Positions 52,471 through 64,000 of a stretch of 64,000 nucleotides of DNA are shown in pieces (positions within the stretch are counted from its first letter, which is position 1; the number at the start of each line of letters is the position of its first letter). The notes below the pieces were generated by a model. It saw nothing but the letters and a program-made list of their open reading frames with translations, was not told the origin of the DNA and searched no databases. Source of the stretch: Octopus vulgaris (lineage: Eukaryota); NCBI GenBank assembly GCA_951406725.2, contig OX597814.1, forward strand, positions 60,760,001 through 60,824,000, written 5' to 3'. Position numbers and translations under genes: made by a program.

Positions 52471-53354
52471 AAAAAGAGAAAAAAAAAAAAGAAAACAGAT
52501 TCACTTGCAGCAATATTGATTAAGTTGCTATATGTAGTTAGAGTTTTGAATAGATTGTTTTTTCATACGACATCAAAAGGGCAAATAGAGGAGGTCTGGG
52601 AATTTAATCTGAGTTGATTGCCTTATTAAATTAGTATTGAGAGGAACAGCGATTGACAGACAGTTGGCAAGAATTTGGCAATTTCTATATGTAGGAAAGG
52701 GAACGAGACAGAATTTCTTTCGTTTGTCTCAAATGTAGAGACAGATATTTTCAAATTTGCCATTTATATATTACAGTGCTAGAAACAGCAGTAAAATCTA
52801 CATTCAAATCACACACTGCTATCTTTTGAAAAAAATGGACACATTGCACTATGCTGTCCATGCTCCACAATCACATAGGAAAAAAACAGTCACAATGCCC
52901 TTGATCATAAGGTTCTCCTATTAGAGTTAGCCTGGAGTTAAATATCATCCAACAAAGAAGAAGGAATGGGTAAGTAAATTATTATCCGTTGTAAGAATAT
53001 CTGTCAACATATATTTATGTGTGTATGTGTGCATATGCGTGTGTGTGTGTGTGCATGTGTGCATATGCGTGTGTGTGTGTGCATATGCGTGTGTGTGTGC
53101 ATGCATATGAATGTTTGTGTATGTGTGTGTGCTGGTGCCATGTAAAAAGTACTCAGTCCACTCTGTAAGGTAGTTGGTGTTGGGAAGGACATCCAGCTGT
53201 AAAAACAATACTAAAACAGAGTGAAACCTGATGCATTCTTCTGCCTAGCCAGCTCTGGTCAAACAGTCCAACCCATGCCAGCATGGAAAACAGATGTTAA
53301 ATGATGATAATGGTGATATGTGTGTGTGCGTGTGTGTGTGTGTACATATATATA

Positions 53355-53610
53355 TCTTATAACTTATAAAATTGTAATAGTAGGGTGGGATATTTTGGAA
53401 TAAAATGAGAAGGGTGCCAGAGTGTTAGTGCGAGGGAAATAAGGAGGTACAGGCAGAGTGACTGATGTCAGGGAAGGGGAAAACAGAGTTGTGCAAGCAA
53501 CAAATATAGAGTGGCAGTGGGATGGTAACGTTAAAAAGCTTTGTGATATTATTGTTAATTCTCTGAGTCATTAACTTAGTTAAATTGAGCAACACCGGGT
53601 ATTTTAGCTA

Positions 53611-53611
<1 letters not shown>
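53355..53611 (+). mobile_element. Short non-autonomous Helitron
   Basis: A|TCTTATAACTTATAAAA ... gagcaacaccgggtattttagCTAG|T. The 3' end resembles gagcaacgccgggcaattctgCTAG|T of the larger Helitron. Confidence 0.7.
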
Positions 53612-53669
<58 letters not shown>

Positions 53670-53927
53670 TAAAAGGAATTCCAATTAAAAATTGTGAAGC
53701 ATGACTGTCACCACTACTACATGAACCTGAAGATTGCATAATTTAATGCATGAAAGTACTAGTTCAATCAGAATGAACATTTAACATTCTATTATTTTAT
53801 TTTATTTTATTATATTATATTATATTATATCATTATAAGATAGTAAATAAAACGTGAAAATCAGACAAGGTTGGAATTCCTTTTATTAATATATTCTTCT
53901 ATACACAATCACACATCACACACACCC

Positions 53928-53972
<45 letters not shown>

Positions 53973-55439
53973 TGGTATATTTTGTTTAGAAAGTAGTAGT
54001 AGAGTACAGTATAAAGTTCATCCACCTTCAGATTTCACTCTGTGCTACCCAGTAGTACTATCATATGTGGTTCCCTGTGCTATCAAATAGTAGTATTATA
54101 CATACTTCCAGGTTTGCATTTGGGCTTCTTTCGTGTGTGAATAGATAACTGAAAAACTTGGAGTCAACAAGATGGCGTACAAGATGAAAATAAATGTCCA
54201 ACCATACTCCTTCTTATTGACTCCAAATTTTTGCAATTATATATATCTATTATGGCCATAGACTGACAAAAGCCTTGTGAATGAATTTGGTAGACAGAAA
54301 CTGAAAGAAGCCCATTATATATAGCCAAGTATATGGCTAGTATGGGGCCTGTACATAAAAGAAAGAAAACATGGGCTAGAGGTGTGTGTGTGGGGTTAAT
54401 ACAATAAAAACAAGAGCCAAAGCCTAAGGATTTTTGTCTTGCAAGTTACAAGGTGATCCTGCCAATGCTGGTGCCACTTAAAAAGCACTTAGTCTACTCT
54501 GCTGAATGCTTGGTGTTACGAAAGGCATCCAGCCATAAAGAGCATGCCAAAACAGACAGTGAAGCATGGTCTTTTACCTAGCCAGCTCCTATCAACCCGT
54601 CCAACCCATGCCAGCATGAAAACAGACGTTAAATGATGATGATGATGAGGATGACGATGATGATGATGATAGAGTGTGTGAGTGTGTGTGCATGTGTAAT
54701 ACTTTGCTTATGTATTTTGGCAAAAGCAAAAAGTGACAAACAAATGCTTTTGAACAAAAATACCTGGTGCTATTAGTTCCCTACAAGTTGTAGAGATATT
54801 CCCACTATAAAAAATGCAGTGAACTTGTCATTGGTCCATTGTAAAGCTGTAAACAACCATTATATTGATCACAAAATGCAATATAAAACTTTTAAAATAA
54901 AAAAAAAAAGAAAATTATAGTAAAGCAAGCCCCAAGATCCAAGGACACGATGGTAAATAATAAATAATAAATTATAAGTTCTCTTTAGTAGGACTTACCA
55001 CCACAACTCATACCACCACCACCACCATCTTCATCATTATGTTTGTATTCAACTATAAATCATATTGTTATTATCGTTAAGTAGCTTCAGTCAGCTGTGC
55101 CTGTAAGATCTGACATACATCTACTACTCAAATATTCAAACACAACCTACAGGTAAATGAATAAATGAATAAATATAAATAAATAAGAACGCTGAGGAGA
55201 AGTGAAACTGATCTAAAATTGATTAATTTCATTGAGTGCTTAAACCAAAGTGAAAGGCATTTATAAATAAATGTGTTTAAGCTGTGTGTTAAGTCATCTG
55301 AACATGTGTTTTGATCATGTTTAAGTCTTTACTTAATCATAACCGAAAGTACTTGTGACACTGAATAAAACACCAAATGGCATGCAATAAGCTTCATAAT
55401 ATTTCTTATCAAACTGTCAATCACTGAATTATATTTCTC

Positions 55440-55810
55440 CATCTTTTATCTTTTTATGCATTTCATGAACTGCAGCCATGCTGGAGCACCACCTTCAAGG
55501 GTTTAGTCAAACAAATTGACCCCATACTTATTCCATCAGTTTCTGTCTTTCTCTTTTGCCAGACCACTAAGTTACAGGGACATAAACAAACCAACACCTG
55601 TTATCTAGCAGTAGTGGCAGACAAACACAGACATATACACAAACACACACACACATTGCAGGCTTCTTTCAGTTTCCATTTATCAAATTCATTCACAAGG
55701 CTTTAGTTAGCCCAGGGCTATAGTAGACAACACTTGCACAAGGTGTTGCACAATGGGACTGAACCTAGAACCAGGTGGTCAGGAAGCAATCTTCTTACTA
55801 CACACCAGTG
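55440..55810 (-). mobile_element. tRNA-derived SINE, family A
   Basis: Reverse-complement family A blocks (gcagccatgctggagcacc ... gggactgaacctagaacc). Confidence 0.82.
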
Positions 55811-55872
55811 CCTTGAGCTGAAGAACTGCTTAAATAAGGAAGATTGATTTCATAAAGTGTTAATTTTAGGAC

Positions 55873-56072
55873 CTTTTCTCTGTTACTTGTTTCAGTCATT
55901 TGACTGTGACCATGCTAAGGCACCACCTTCAAGGGTTTTGGTTGAACAAATTGGCCCCAGAACTTATTTTGCTTAAAGACTGGTACTTATCCTATCACTC
56001 TCCTTGCTGGACCACTAAGTTACAGAGACATAAACACACCAACACCAGTTGTCAAACAGTGGTGGGAGACAA

Positions 56073-56106
<34 letters not shown>

Positions 56107-57523
56107 TTATATTTACATACACACACACACAGGGGTTGGACAAAATAATGCAAACACCTTAAAATTTCAAACAAACTTATTTCAGTATGGGGTAGGACAG
56201 CGTTTGGCAGTAATTACAGCTTGAATTCTACGAGTTATGGACTCATACAAAGTTTGAATTGTTTCCAAAGGAATTTTTGTCCATTCTTCAGCTAAAACAG
56301 TTTCCAGTTCTTGTAGTGATGATGGTGGAGGATATCAACTCCTTACTTGTTTTTCTAAAACATACCATGAATGTTCAATAATATTGAGATCTGGGGACTG
56401 TGGTGGCCAGATAAGATGTTCAACTTCACTAGAATGTTCCTTGTGCCATTCAGTAACAACTTTAGCTGGGTGAATTGGTGCATTATCCTCCTGAAAGATT
56501 ATATTTCCCTCCAGAAACAGTTCCACAACTATAGGATGAATTTGATCAGATAAAATGCTTAAATAGTCTTGACTATTAATTCTGCCATGAAAGGAAACCA
56601 CTGGGCCAGCAGATTTCCAAGATATAGCTCCCCAGATCATCATGGATCCTCCTCCATGTTTAACAGTTGGAAGAAGGCAGTCTGGGTCAAATGCTTCTTT
56701 TGGCTTCTCCACACATATACTCAACCAGTGGTTGGAAATAAGGTAAAGGATGACTCGTCTGAGAAAATAACATTCTTCCACTGCTCTAGGGACCAGTTCT
56801 GTAGGTTTTTACTTCACTCTAAACACTTTGGAACATTTGTTTTTGAAAGTAATGGTTTTTTAATTGCAGCCCTCCTGTGAAATCTGGCTTTGTGCAGCTC
56901 CCAGCAAACAGTTTTCATGGAAACTGAGTTCTCGAGGTGGTCATTAAGCTCTGCAGTAATTTTGAGAGCTGTACATTTGTGATCCTTTCTTACAATTCAC
57001 ATAAGAATCCAACAGTCTCTATCTGAAAATTTTGGTTGTCTACCGGAGTTTTGTTTTGACGAGGAGGTTTTTCCCCTCTTTCTCAAAGGCTGTCATTACT
57101 TTCAAGACAGTACTTCTTGATACACTAAATATTTCAGCTGTTTTCATTACACTAGTGCCTGCCATACAAGCACCAACAATTTGACCTCTTTGAAAATCCA
57201 ATAGATTTGTCATTTTAATGAATTTTAATTACCTTTTTCTGATGATATCTGAAAAGAAACAGCAATTTTAGCAAAACATTAAGCAACACTAATAATAAAT
57301 TAAAAAACATAAAAATAAACAAGCTTTCGACAGTTTTATAGATATTTCATAATTATGATGCTATGTGTTTCCATTATTTTGTCCAACCCCTGTATATAGA
57401 CGTCAGGCTTCTTTCAGTCTCACTCTACCAAATCCACTCACAATGCTTTGCCCAAAGTACCATGTAGTGGGACTGAACCTGGAACCATGTGGTTAGAAAG
57501 CAAGTTTCTTACTACACAGCCAC
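55873..57523 (-). mobile_element. Family A SINE split by a Tc1 insertion (55873-56129 and 57393-57523)
   Basis: The SINE 3' half ends in its (ca)n spacer at 56129 and resumes after the Tc1 with ggcttctttcagtc...gggactgaacctggaaccatgtgg. Confidence 0.82.
56130..57392 (-). mobile_element. Near full-length Tc1-family (DD34E) transposon with an inactivated transposase
   Basis: TIRs caggggttggacaaaataatgcaaacac / gtgtttccattattttgtccaacccctg, followed by TA on the right. Minus-strand PTVKHGGGSMMIWGAIS, FQEDNAPIH and WPPQSPDLNIIE; frameshifts upstream. Confidence 0.95.
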
Positions 57524-59004
57524 GACAGAGTAATTTTTTTTTTTTTTTAAGTACGGCTTTTAAAGAATATTACAGCTGTTGAACAGACAGAAGTTCCAAC
57601 AGATGTGTTTTGTTTATGATTAAAACTGAGATATTAAATAATAGAACTCTCAAAACACAGCAGGGTTACTTCATTATTTAAATACAATTGGTTCTAAACA
57701 GACTTTGTTCATAATGAAATTACAATAATCTCAACTGCTGTGAGACAGATGAGGTTAGCCAAAGTTAGTCATTGTTATTATTATTTAGCCTTAGGACTTT
57801 CCTGATCAAGAAAACCTATGATCAAAATGCATTTCAACCATGACCATCCTATGTCTTCTTTTTTGGTGGTGGTGGTGGTGATAGTGGGGGGACTCTTTAG
57901 TTACAGTATATCGAGGACCACATTATCCAATGTATCTTTTATTAATGACACTTGGGTAGTATTTGATAAAGATTTAACCTCTGTTGAGCAACTACATGTA
58001 GGCTCTTTCACAAAACAAACTATGATCACAAGCACTATCTAATGTGTCCTCCATTTTGTTTTAAGATAGCAGGGTTTGATTTAAGGAATATTTCACTGCT
58101 ATTTTTTGAAGTTCAATGACCTCTTGCTGCTGTTGGTTAATTGAGTTAATACATGGACTTAAATTCTTACTATGTAACCATCTCACTAACATTAACTAGT
58201 AATAACATCAGGAAAAAAATGCGTAAGCACCATTACTTCTGCTTCTTATTTCTTAAAAACCCTTTTACTAAGAAACAGTTATTTTCTTACATCATCATCC
58301 CATTCATTTAACTTGTAAATAATTCATTTACCAGAGCACACTTTCTTTTTAAGCAGAAACATATATTGATTGTATGAGTGCGTGTGTGTGGGAGGGGGTG
58401 TAACATCAAGTTTATAGAAATTGTGTGTGTATATATTTTTCTTTTTTTTTTGTAGTTCTTATTTATTGATTTTATATATTTGTTTCTTTTGCACATCAAC
58501 TAGTTTATTGAGACAGAATATCACAAAATGATTATTTTCGAACCATTTGAATTAGTTGAATACAGTTGTGCAACTGGTTTGTTTGCTTCCTTATAGAAAG
58601 GGGTCTACTCTGAACAGAGATAAATTATCAACCATGTTGTTAGCCCCAACATTATCAAAGAGTAGTTGCATGGCTGTTCTAAATCACCAATTAAGAAAAG
58701 AGTTTTTGTGAAAACAAAGATTTACCAATCCAACCATCCATCTATCCATCCATCCATGCATGCATCTACCCAGCCATTCTATCCAAACAGAAGAAACAAA
58801 TATTCAATATATGTTGCATAGATCATATTCATTAAGAATTATTTGATGATTCACTCCTTTGTTGTCCAAGTTTTGTACCTGGCTAGAGTTACATGCACCG
58901 TTGTTTGTGCCCCATTTGATGAACTATCTTACTCACCAAACAACACCTGAATGAGTGTACATGCATCATTACATGTGTGTGAAACTGAGTAACAATGGAG
59001 TACA

Positions 59005-59420
59005 TGCAGGTGTGGCTGTGTGGCAAGAAGTTTGCTTTCCAACCACATGGTTCCAGGTTCAGTCCCATTGTGTATCACCTTGGGAAAGTATCTTCTACTA
59101 TAGCCTCAGGCTGACCAAAGCCATGTGAGTGGATTTGGTAGATGGAAATTGAAAGAAGCTTGTCGCGTGTTTGTGTGTCTGTGTACATGTATGTATCTGT
59201 GAACGTTTCTTTGTTTCTGCATTTATCTCCCATCACCACTTGACAACTGATGTTGGAGTGTTTACATCCCTGTAACTTAGTGGTTCAGCAAAGAGCCCAA
59301 TAGAAAAAGTACTAGACTCTAGAAAAAAGTCCTGGGGTCGAGTTGTTCAACTAAAGCCTTTCAAGGAGGTGCCCCAACATGGCTGCAGTCAAATGACTGA
59401 AACAAATAAAAAAGTAAAGG
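59005..59420 (+). mobile_element. tRNA-derived SINE, family A (full length)
   Basis: gcaggtgtggctgtgtggcaagaagtttgctttccaaccacatggttccaggttcagtccc ... gtcaaatgactgaaacaaataaaa. Confidence 0.9.
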
Positions 59421-60233
59421 ATATATATATAGTACTGGGGTCATTTAGTGTGACTAAGATTCTTTAAGATGGTGCCCAGCATGGCCACAGTCTAAGGACT
59501 GAAACAAGTAAAAGATACATTTAATCCTGAACTGTAAACCTAACAAAAGAAAACATATTTCCATGATCTTTCGATTTGAAATCCTACCTATTTCTACCAC
59601 TATCTACACATTATACTATCCACAATATATTTTCACATTTGTGCACTCAACCATCACAGTACTACAAGCAGATGAGGGAACCTCTACATGGTCACTGAAG
59701 CTGCTAGAAATAGAAAGCCAAATTTCTTTTGTGCTACATTGTACAACCTAAAAGAAATGAAGAATATATATAAGGGAATATAATTTCAGATATATATCAT
59801 GGCACCACCACCACCCAAAAAAAAAAATGGATATTTACACCTAGAACGCCTTTGATCGTAGGTAAATGTTTGATCTGAGGTCAAACAACAACAACTCTTG
59901 GTGCTGGTGCCATATAAAAAAAGCACCTTGTATACTCTGTAAATTGGTTGGCATTAGGAAGAGCATCCAGCTGTAGAAACCAAGCCAAAACAGACTATGG
60001 AACCTGATGCAGCTCATCCAACCCATGCCAGCATGGAAAACAGAAGTTAGATGTGAATGATGATGCTGATGAACCCTTATACTAGTATGTTCTGAGAGGA
60101 GACTATACAACACTGACATTTATAGGGTGACCACAGCAATTATGAATTTCAGATACATAACAACAACCATGCTAATTAGTAATATCTTAAAACAAACAAA
60201 ACATGGCTTCAATAATAAATAAAACTCACTTGC

Positions 60234-60343
60234 CATTACAAACTTCAGCAAGTCTATCAACCCCTGTACTCCATCCTCCAGTCTTTCACAGATGAAAAAT
60301 ATTGATTATCCCACCAATTAATTGCACTACATTTCTAATTAAC
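60234..60343 (-). other. Candidate 5'UTR exon ending in the start codon of the UBA gene
   Basis: Minus strand reads catctctacag|gttaatt...tttgtaATG|GCAAGTGAGT. Splicing at the GC donor joins ATG in frame to the phase-0 UBA exon; an overlapping GT donor lies 4 nt further on. Linkage to the UBA exon is inference. Confidence 0.4.
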
Positions 60344-60529
60344 CTGTAGAGATGCCATATCCAAAACCTCCAAGATCCAAGTTTTCTCAAATGCTATGTG
60401 GAGAGGCAGAAGATTCTGTCCTGCTATCCTATTGTCATGTCATCTTGAACATGAAACATCAGTCTCACATCCTCATCATCATTGTTTTAACATCTGTTTT
60501 ATGCACATATCTAAGGGTAAAAGGATAAA

Positions 60530-60855
60530 GACCCCACTTCGGTCATGAATGATCATGGGTTGCACCAAGAAAGTTACCCTCCAAGACACAAGTCTGAGCA
60601 AGGTTGTTTATGGAAGACCAGCAGTTGCCCATGCATACCAGTCTCCCCTCTCCATCCCACTGATGTTATATAAGGGAATGGCAAAGGCTGATATAGCAGT
60701 GACGTTGCAATTCATTTCTATAGCTGAGTAAACTGAAGCAACGTGAAATAAATTGCCTTGCTCAAGAACACAACACACAGCTCAGTCTGAGAATCAAACT
60801 CTCTACCTCATGATTTTGAGCTCAACACTCTAAAAACTGAGCTATGTGCTTTCAC
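60530..60855 (-). mobile_element. tRNA-derived SINE, family C
   Basis: Reverse complement of 24870-25205 (caaggttgtttatggaagaccagcag...ccttgctcaagaacacaac). Confidence 0.82.
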
Positions 60856-61547
60856 ATACCTATAGAGATACATAAATAGGTATACAAACATGGTCACACC
60901 CACAGATATCTATATATACTCAAATATATACCCATACAAATATGTATATATAAAAACCTTGCATATACACACAGGCATACAATTACATTTTATCTATAGT
61001 TTCATGGACATTGTCCAAAAGTTTGTATACATGTTATGCAGACACTTTTATACTGATTATCCACATAAACTTAAATATTCTAAGAATAGCATATAACAAC
61101 CCAATGATCTCCACTTCATAGAAAATATAAATACCACATTCCAAAAATGACAATTAAACAGACTGGAAATATTCTCAACCAGAATAAAATTAAAAACTAC
61201 AATACTTTTATACAAACAATAAGATATAATATATTTCATGGACATCACCTGTTCTTCCTGGTGTTTTCCACTCTATCAACCACAAACTTCAAAACGCAAC
61301 TAACTATTCAAAGCAATGCATGTTGTATTACACGGTTAAGAAGTCAGCTTTCAGGCGTCATGATTTTGGCATCAATCTCATAGTGTGAGACCTTAAACAA
61401 GTATCTTATACTATAACCTTGAACTAATTAATGCCTCATGAATGAATTTTGTACATGGAAACACTTCAGAAGTTAGCCATTTATGTGCATGTGTACACAT
61501 ATATACATACATATGTATAGAGTGTTAGGTGTGGTGTACAGAAATTG

Positions 61548-62060
61548 AATATTGAGAAAAAAAGTCATCAAAATTTTGCAAAAAATTTTTTTTATCTTCA
61601 TTATTATTATTAGCGCTTTCGTTCGTTACTTGAACTTGCCAAATTCAATTTTGTAAATGTCCAAACAGCTTGTTCATTTATATAAAACCTGTTTTTTGGG
61701 GGTTTTGTTTAGAAGAAGAGAACACTGTTTTTTTTGGGGGGGGGTGAGGCTCCATGACAATATAAACAGACAGATAGACAGATACCTATCTATCTGTCTG
61801 ACTATCTATCAGCCTATCTACCTACCTATATTTCTATCTATCTATCTCCATTGTCATGGAATCATACCCCAAAAAATAAAAAAAAATGTTCTCTTCTAAA
61901 CAAAACCCCCAAAAATATCTGTTTTATATAAATGTACAAGCTCTTTGTACATTCACAAAATTTTATTCGACAAGTTCAAGAAACGAAAGAAAGTGCTAAT
62001 AATAATGAAGAAATAAAACGATTTTTTTCCAAAATTCTGACAACTTTTTCTTCAATATAT
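61548..62060. repeat. Large fold-back inverted repeat (arms >200 bp) around a (GATA)/(TATC) core
   Basis: For example cttcattattattattagcgctttc / gaaagtgctaataataatgaag, catttatataaaac / gttttatataaatg, gggggttttgtttagaaga / tcttctaaacaaaaccccc, tccatgacaat / attgtcatgga. Confidence 0.9.
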
Positions 62061-62064
62061 ATAC

Positions 62065-62188
62065 ATATAAGAATTTTTTGCATAATGAGATAGAAAACCA
62101 AGGCTGTGTAGATATTAGAACATTTATAAATGTTCTAATATTTACACAGCCTTGGTTTTTTATCTCATTACGCAAAAAATTCTTATAT
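62065..62188. repeat. Near-perfect 124-bp palindrome without a spacer
   Basis: atataagaattttttgcataatgagatagaaaaccaaggctgtgtagatattagaacattta|taaatgttctaatatttacacagccttggtttttatctcattacgcaaaaaattcttatat; centre at 62126/62127. Confidence 0.93.
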
Positions 62189-62377
62189 ACACACGCTGAC
62201 ATATGACCAACATTGAAACCCTTATTCGCAAAATTACCAAACCTGGAACTTAACTATGGTCTGTCTATAGCACTTATTCAGCATTACCTGACACATTTGG
62301 GTCTCAATGACACCATTACTTCTTATAACCTACATACATATACAGATACATATACACATACCTATACATATATATAT

Positions 62378-62760
62378 TATCATCATTGTCGTTTAACGTC
62401 CACTTTTCATGCTGGCATGGGTTGGACGGTTTGACTGGGGGCTGGCAAGCCAGAAGGCTGTACCAGGCTCCAATCCGATCTGGCAAAGTTTCTACAGCTG
62501 GATGCCCTTCCTAATGCCAAACACTCCAAGAGTGTAGTGGGCGCTTTTTATGTGCCGCTGGCACGAGAGCCAGTCAGGCTGTACTGGCATCAACCAAGCT
62601 TGAATGAAGCTTTTTATGTACCACTGGCACAGGAGCCAGTCAGACAGTACTGGCAACGACCATGCCCAAATGGTGCTTTTTATGTGCCACCATTCGAACT
62701 TGGTCATTACCATTACCGCCTGACTGACCCTCATGCAGGTGGCACATAAAAAGCACCCAC
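62378..62760 (-). mobile_element. SINE family B with internally repeated modules
   Basis: Standard family B tail, then three gctttttatgt(g/a)cc(a/g)c-type modules and a short inverted copy ggtggcacataaaaagcacccac at about 62738. Confidence 0.85.
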
Positions 62761-63856
62761 GTGGTCACCTGGCCTTCGCCATAGTCTCTACTGTACTCAA
62801 ATGTATTCATAAGGCATCTATCACAATGCCCATGTATCAGGTCATAGTTAAAGACTGCTAGTCACTACTGTTCATGAGAAAAAAGTTCTAAATTCCAACC
62901 AGACTTGTCATTGCTCTGTTTCCTGTTCTCTGGAGTGAGCATTTCTGGCTGTGTTACCTTGAAGTTGTCCTGTTAACCTGTTCTCTTAAGCAGGCTTTTC
63001 TATCAGCCTTAGACACCAACCTCCATCGTTTCTACTCTGGTGTCTCATGTTTCGTCAAGCAAGATTGTCTATTGGTTCGAGACTCCAATCTCCATTTCTG
63101 CTCTAATTCCTCAAGCAGGCTTGCCTGACTGTTTTCAAACTGAACTTTTACTAATCATTTTATTGTGTTTGAAGGGTGTTTCGTTGTCTCTGAGATTGGA
63201 GCTTGTCTTGCCTTTCTTCTTGTTTCCCTTACCCTTTGGCTTATGGAGCTTCGGGCTTCAGATGATTGAAAAGTATTGAACTGAGAGACAAACTGCATGC
63301 ATCTATCCCCTCATCTATTGCCTATTTTCTACCCCCACATATTCCCACCATTTCATTCCTCCAGTAGTAAAAGTGAAAGTTGCACCATTTATTTGTGGAG
63401 TATTAAGTTCAATCAATAACAAAACAAAAAAAAGTCAGACCACGTCAACTGGTCAGACATCAAGAATGACAAGTGAGGGCTCCAAAACTTTTGCACTCCT
63501 TGAAACAACTTTTCTTCAAGAGGTAATTTCTATCCAAAGCCTTTAGTTAAGGTCTGGCAGCTAACACAACAAAAAGCAAATGTCAACAAAAACCAATAAC
63601 AACAGTAGTAGCAGTAGCAGTAGTAGTAGTGGAGGAGGCTTGTGGTGGTAGTAGTTGTCATGGAAATGGTTTCAATAATAGCCATTCTTCAACCAACTCT
63701 GATCAGTCCCATCCTTACTCTCTCCCCCACCTCCCTCTGTCTCTTCCCTTATTTTCTTCCCCTCCCTCTCACAAACAAGTACACACATAAGCACTGTCAT
63801 CAGAGAAGAGATATTGATAAATTTGAAAGATTTATGAATGAACATGTGATACCAGC

Positions 63857-63914
<58 letters not shown>

Positions 63915-64000
63915 CATAAGGGATAAAGCCATCTGAATATGGCTAGGGACAGGGCAGGGTGGTGGGGGTGTTACTGTTGCATTTAGCCCCAGGCGAACAT

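Noticed and set aside
52540-52800. Repeat-free island with a TCF-like (acatcaaaag) motif and TAAT motifs, considered as an enhancer
   Set aside because: The motifs are imperfect and expected by chance, and conservation cannot be assessed from one sequence.
59005-59080. tRNA-like A/B-box heads (here and in all family A and C copies)
   Set aside because: They continue directly into SINE bodies and lack an intact cloverleaf, so they are not tRNA genes.

Overview
AT-rich, repeat-dense animal genomic DNA. The SINE families and abundant (TA)n/(CA)n/(CAT)n microsatellites fit an octopus genome (recognised by eye, not by database search). Almost all ORFs in the supplied track are microsatellite or transposon artefacts. 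One host-gene coding exon is well supported: a minus-strand UBA-domain exon at 28754-28860. A candidate 5'UTR/start-codon exon for it lies about 31 kb upstream (60234-60343) and would join in frame only through a GC-AG intron. The rest is intron-like sequence filled with mobile elements: a composite Helitron (7464-9617) carrying an open PIF1-helicase fragment, a mini-Helitron, an R4/Dong-type RLE LINE, RTE- and CR1-like LINE remnants, Penelope-like GIY-YIG remnants with degenerate hammerhead-ribozyme motifs, a mariner, a Tc1 nested in a SINE, TA- and TTAA-type MITEs, long fold-back palindromes and dozens of SINEs. I found no prokaryotic-type system, rRNA, true tRNA gene or CRISPR array, and no clearly novel multi-gene system. 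The best leads are the composite Helitron, the GC-AG start-codon intron, the fold-backs and some low-confidence micro-exon candidates. Repeat boundaries are approximate unless termini or target-site duplications are quoted.
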